Part shown: positions 60,106 to 64,000 of the stretch, one piece after another
Position numbering within the stretch: the stretch's first letter is position 1
Layout of the letters: every line of letters begins with the position of its first letter
Origin: Mycobacterium sp.
Lineage (GTDB): Bacteria > Actinomycetota > Actinomycetes > Mycobacteriales > Mycobacteriaceae
Direction of reading: 5' to 3'
DNA: 64,000 nucleotides
Assembly (NCBI GenBank): GCA_035506875.1
Contig: DATJOR010000162.1
Span: forward strand, 3,956 to 67,955
Notes under the pieces: model-generated
The model's database searches: none
What the model was told of the DNA's origin: nothing
What the model saw: only the letters and a program-made list of their open reading frames with translations
Made by a program: the position numbers and the translations under genes

Positions 60106-61675
60106 CGAAAATCAGCTTCAATTGCTGCATGTCGACTTTGCCGCTTGGCAACAGCGGAACTTCCGTAGCCGCTATGGCGGCGAACCGTTTCGGGATCTTG
60201 TACGCCGAGAGTTCGGCGGCGAGTTTGCGCTGCAGTCCGATTTCGTCGAACTGCGCGCCGCTGGCATCCCCGTCCAGTGTGATGACGGCAGCGACGATCT
60301 GGCCACGCTCGGCGTCCGGGATGCCGAGCACATGCGCCACCGCACCACCGGTGACCTTGGCGATCGCTTGCTCCACCTCGGCGGGAGACACGTTCGCGCC
60401 TGCCGTCTTGATCATCGAACCCTGACGGCGGATGAAGTAGACGAACCCGTCGCGATCGGTGGCCACCAGGTCCCCGGTGTGGAACCAGCCATCGGCGTCG
60501 AAACATTGCTCCCGACTGCGTTTGTAATAGCGCTGCATCAGGCAGGGCCCGCGGATGCACAGCTCACCGAGGGTGCCGTCCTCGACCAGTGCCCCGACCT
60601 CGGTATCGACGACCTTGGTCTCCACGCCCGGTGCGGGTTTGCCGAACGACCCACGTCGATGTTCGGGTTGGTCGCTGTCGTCGCCGCTGATCAGAACCAC
60701 ACTGCCGGCTTCGGTCAAGCCGAGCATGTTGTGCCGCAACTCAGGATCGGCCGGCCGCACCTCGGCCGCCATGATCGGATACAGGTTGCCGCGTCGCATC
60801 GACGACAGGTCGCGTCTGCCGAAACTCGGGTGCCGCGCGAGGTGCGTGATCCCGGCGGCGAATCCATTGGTGATCGTTGGTTTTTCGGCCTCGAGCAGAT
60901 CGAGCATTTGGCCGGCATCTTCGGCGTTCGAGCACACCAGCGTCGATCCGGCGAGCAAGGTGGCAAGCAGCGCGAACCCGAGTCCTCCGATCCAGAAGAA
61001 CGGCGAGTTGCAGAACAGTTTGTCCGCGGCAGTCAGACCCCGGACGGAGTTGAGATTTCGCTGGTGGTTGAGCAGCGCGGCGTGGGTGTGCACGACCCCC
61101 TTGGGGCTGCTGGTTGTGCCCGAGGTGTACACGATCGTCAGCGGATCCGAGCCGTCGACATCATCTTGCATCGCCACCAATTGCCGAGCGTCGACGGTGT
61201 CGGCGAGTTGATGCAGGCGCTCCACGTCGAAGATGGCATGCCGCAATTGCGGTGCCGCGGGATCGAATAACCGTCCGTCATCGAGACTCGAGGCGGACAG
61301 CACGTCGGTCAACTGCCGCACGTAGTCGTGGGAGCGGTAGGACGCCGTCCCAAGGAGAATCTGGGTATCGCTGCCAACCAGCTGCTCGCCAAGCTCCCGT
61401 GTGGTCGCGAACGTGGAGAATGGGACGACGACGGCGCCGATTCGTGCCGCTGCCAACATGCCGACCACAAACGCTGCGCCGTTGGGGTAACGCAAACCGA
61501 CATGGCTGCCCTTACCGGTGCCCAGGGCGATCAGCCCGCGAGCCAATTGCGCGGAGCGACGGTCGGCGTCGGCGTAGCTGATGCGTTCGGTGTCGCACAC
61601 CAGCAGCGGATGACCACCTCTGCTGTGCGCCTGCTCGCGCAGGATCTGGCCAACGGTGGGCGATTCACTCGGCAT
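60098..61675 (-). CDS. Acyl-CoA synthetase (AMP-binding)
   Basis: YTSGTTSSPKG, LGLTE, WFHTGD, SGKVD. Confidence 0.93.
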   Translation of the reverse strand: MPSESPTVGQILREQAHSRGGHPLLVCDTERISYADADRRSAQLARGLIALGTGKGSHVGLRYPNGAAFVVGMLAAARIGAVVVPFSTFATTRELGEQLVGSDTQILLGTASYRSHDYVRQLTDVLSASSLDDGRLFDPAAPQLRHAIFDVERLHQLADTVDARQLVAMQDDVDGSDPLTIVYTSGTTSSPKGVVHTHAALLNHQRNLNSVRGLTAADKLFCNSPFFWIGGLGFALLATLLAGSTLVCSNAEDAGQMLDLLEAEKPTITNGFAAGITHLARHPSFGRRDLSSMRRGNLYPIMAAEVRPADPELRHNMLGLTEAGSVVLISGDDSDQPEHRRGSFGKPAPGVETKVVDTEVGALVEDGTLGELCIRGPCLMQRYYKRSREQCFDADGWFHTGDLVATDRDGFVYFIRRQGSMIKTAGANVSPAEVEQAIAKVTGGAVAHVLGIPDAERGQIVAAVITLDGDASGAQFDEIGLQRKLAAELSAYKIPKRFAAIAATEVPLLPSGKVDMQQLKLIFDA

Positions 61676-63161
61676 GGTCGCCTGGGGCGGCGGAGACGGT
61701 GTCGGTGAAGAAGCGCCGCACCGCGGTCAGATCGGGCTTACCCGACGGCGTTCTCGGGAGCTCAGCGACGAAGGCGATGTCGGTGGGAATCTCGTAGCGC
61801 GCCAACAGTGTTCGCAGAAAGTCGGTGAGTGCACCGGCATCGACAGCTGCCGGCTCGCGCAGTTCGACCATGGCGGCCGGGGTCTCGCCGAGGCGGTCGT
61901 CGCGCCGCCCGACGACCGCGGCACCCGCGACCGCGGGATGGCTCTCCAACGCGGCGCGGACGTCGTCGGGCAGCACTTTGAAGCCGCCGCGGATGATGGC
62001 CTGGTCGGCTCGACCGATGATCCACAGAAAGCCGTCGGCGTCGATGCGTGCCATGTCTGTGGTGCGCATCCAGTCGGCCGAGGGCCCGAGCTGTCCCGGT
62101 TTGACCTCGAGCAGCCCGACCTGGTCGGGCCCGAGCGGGCTGCCGTCGTCATCGACCACCCGCAACTGGGCCCCGGGGTTGGCCCGTCCCACGCTGCCAC
62201 GTTTGGCCCGCCAGTATTTCTGGTGATCGGACAACGTCCAGCCCGCGACGCCGCCACCGAATTCCGTTGCCGCGTAGGATGTCAGGACAGGGATGCCGTA
62301 TTTCTCGGCGAACGCGTCGGCGTCCTCCGCCGACAGCGGCGCGGTACCGGAAGTGACGGCACGGATGCTCGCCAGATCCTTCCGAGGCAGGCCGGAATGC
62401 AGCACCATCCGCAGCGCGGTCGGCACCAGCGATACCGCGCGCGGCCGATGCGTACGCACGGCTTCGGCCCACCGGTCGAGCTCGAATCGTTCCAGCAACA
62501 CGAAGGACCGCGCCTCGGCGACACATTGCAGTATCCGGAACACCCCGCCGATATGCACCAGCGGCGAGTTGACGATCGCCACACCGCGACGCAGCTGTCT
62601 GGGTGTCGGTGGCCGGTCATCCGCCGGGCCCATCACACTGTGCGCCAGCATGTCGTAGGTGAGGTCGACTCGTTTGGGTGGTCCGGTTGTTCCGCTGGTC
62701 AACATTCGCACCGCGACGCCGGGCCGCACATCGTGATCGGTCTGAACCCGATCAGCGGCAACCACTTTCGGCTCGGCGGCAACATCCGAAATCGATGCCA
62801 CGGTCGTGGCAGGGGACTTGCCGAGTATCGCCAGGTCGTCGGGCTCGCCGACGATCAGTGGCAGGTCCAACTCTGCGATGTCTGCTTTGGTGCGCTGATC
62901 GCCGCGGGCCGGGTTGATCACAACCACAGTTGCGCCGCACCGGAGTACGCCGAGCAGCGCGGCAACCTGGGCCGGGCGATTGCGTAACAGGATCCCGACC
63001 TGTGGTTGCTGGTTGCCACCACTAACGAGACCACCGATCCGGTCGGCTATTTCGGCGAGCTCGCTCCACGACACCCAGTTGCCCTCATATTCCAGGGCAG
63101 GCGCATCAGGCTGCAATGCCAGGACATGGGCGATGCGCTGACTGAGCGGATGCGCCATCAT
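61665..63161 (-). CDS. Acyl-CoA synthetase (AMP-binding)
   Basis: LTSGTTGPPK, YAATE, GRAD..IIRGG, PRTPSGK. Confidence 0.92.
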   Translation of the reverse strand: MMAHPLSQRIAHVLALQPDAPALEYEGNWVSWSELAEIADRIGGLVSGGNQQPQVGILLRNRPAQVAALLGVLRCGATVVVINPARGDQRTKADIAELDLPLIVGEPDDLAILGKSPATTVASISDVAAEPKVVAADRVQTDHDVRPGVAVRMLTSGTTGPPKRVDLTYDMLAHSVMGPADDRPPTPRQLRRGVAIVNSPLVHIGGVFRILQCVAEARSFVLLERFELDRWAEAVRTHRPRAVSLVPTALRMVLHSGLPRKDLASIRAVTSGTAPLSAEDADAFAEKYGIPVLTSYAATEFGGGVAGWTLSDHQKYWRAKRGSVGRANPGAQLRVVDDDGSPLGPDQVGLLEVKPGQLGPSADWMRTTDMARIDADGFLWIIGRADQAIIRGGFKVLPDDVRAALESHPAVAGAAVVGRRDDRLGETPAAMVELREPAAVDAGALTDFLRTLLARYEIPTDIAFVAELPRTPSGKPDLTAVRRFFTDTVSAAPGDHAE

Positions 63162-63940
63162 CGGATCCTCGGATCCGGCGTATGACGGTCGCCGCGCGCC
63201 GCCAGCTCAGCAGTGCCGATTGGATTTCCGAGCCTCGTGTAGATCAGCCCCTGATCCAGCGCCGCCCGGTAAGGCTTGTCCAGTGACTCCCAGATCGCCT
63301 TGACGGTGCCCTGGGTGGCCGACGGCGGCTTGGCCGCGATGGTTGCCGCGATCTCATGGGCACGGGTCCACAACCGCTCGGGGGAGACTACTTCGGATAC
63401 CAACCCGACACGCAGGGCGGTTTCGGCACTGACCCGTTCGTCGTTACCCATCAGCGCGATCCGCAATGCTTCGCCGAGACCGATCTTGCGCATCAGCCCG
63501 ATCGGCTCCAGCGCGCAGACCAGTCCCGCCGACACGTGGGAATCGAAAAATGTCGCATCGGCCGAGCAGATCACCACATCGGACTCGTTGATGAAGTAGA
63601 ACGCGCCAGCCGTGCACATTCCTTGCACCGCGCATACCACCGGCTTCCACATCTTCTGCCACTTCGGGCTGAGCGCCTCGCCGGGATCCTCGTGATGCCA
63701 GATATTTTCGGGCTGACCGTAGGGCGTCTTGATGTCGAGACCGGCGCTGAATGCGCGGCTACCGGCTGCGCGCAGCACCACCGCGTTGACCGAGTCGTCC
63801 GCCTTGACGAGCCGCCAGGCCCGGGCCATCTCGTCACACATCGTCCGATTGAACGCGTTGAGCTGGTCGGGCCGGTTCAAGGTGATGGTGGCGACCCGGT
63901 CTGCGTCGTCCACGTCGAGCTGGATGGTCTCAAAGCTCAT
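63158..63940 (-). CDS. Enoyl-CoA hydratase/isomerase
   Basis: TLNRPDQLNA, AFSAGLD, KPVVCAVQG. Confidence 0.92.
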   Translation of the reverse strand: MSFETIQLDVDDADRVATITLNRPDQLNAFNRTMCDEMARAWRLVKADDSVNAVVLRAAGSRAFSAGLDIKTPYGQPENIWHHEDPGEALSPKWQKMWKPVVCAVQGMCTAGAFYFINESDVVICSADATFFDSHVSAGLVCALEPIGLMRKIGLGEALRIALMGNDERVSAETALRVGLVSEVVSPERLWTRAHEIAATIAAKPPSATQGTVKAIWESLDKPYRAALDQGLIYTRLGNPIGTAELAARGDRHTPDPRIR

Positions 63941-64000
63941 CGGCACCGCCACTCCGGTGCTCGCTTTTCGACGAAAGCCGTGGGCCCCTCGAGTGAATCC
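63937..64000 (-). CDS. Enoyl-CoA hydratase C-terminus (partial)
   Basis: DSLEGPTAFVEKRAPEWRCR*, ATGA-coupled to the next gene. Confidence 0.8.
   Translation of the reverse strand, partial: DSLEGPTAFVEKRAPEWRCR

Overview
High-GC mycobacterial chromosome segment, probably a non-tuberculous Mycobacterium, in three parts. (1) 1-21.5 kb is a core block syntenic with M. tuberculosis Rv1320c-Rv1343c: cya, nucS, mce, thiolase, thioredoxin, glgB-glgE, glgP, dinG, pncB, clpS, aosR, peptidase, rhomboid, murI, Rv1339-like PDE, rph, rdgB, lprD and tRNA-Leu(TAG). The mec-cysO-cysM genes are deleted, leaving a 16-codon cysM tail, and two 77-bp-type MIRUs are present. (2) 21.5-31.5 kb is accessory DNA at tRNA-Leu. 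A ~4.8 kb decayed integrative phage-like or satellite element is bounded by a 29-bp att repeat. It carries a broken tyrosine integrase joined head-to-head to a broken HK97-type capsid gene, two strongly structured non-coding segments and small cargo ORFs. A PAS-GGDEF gene and several secreted-protein genes follow it. (3) 31.6-64 kb is a large lipid/terpenoid/steroid-type catabolic region. Its most unusual part is an orphan NorD/CbbO-like VWA plus NorQ/CbbQ AAA+ pair, followed by a signal-less periplasmic-binding-fold protein, an AveC-family membrane protein, an SDR, a P450 and an ALDH. A shared 14-bp palindromic operator occurs four times around this cluster, next to a double-TetR gene. Further on are a mesaconyl-CoA C1-C4 transferase-like acyl-CoA operon with GntR, and three tandem acyl-CoA synthetases. 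All family calls come from recognising motifs by eye; no searches were run.
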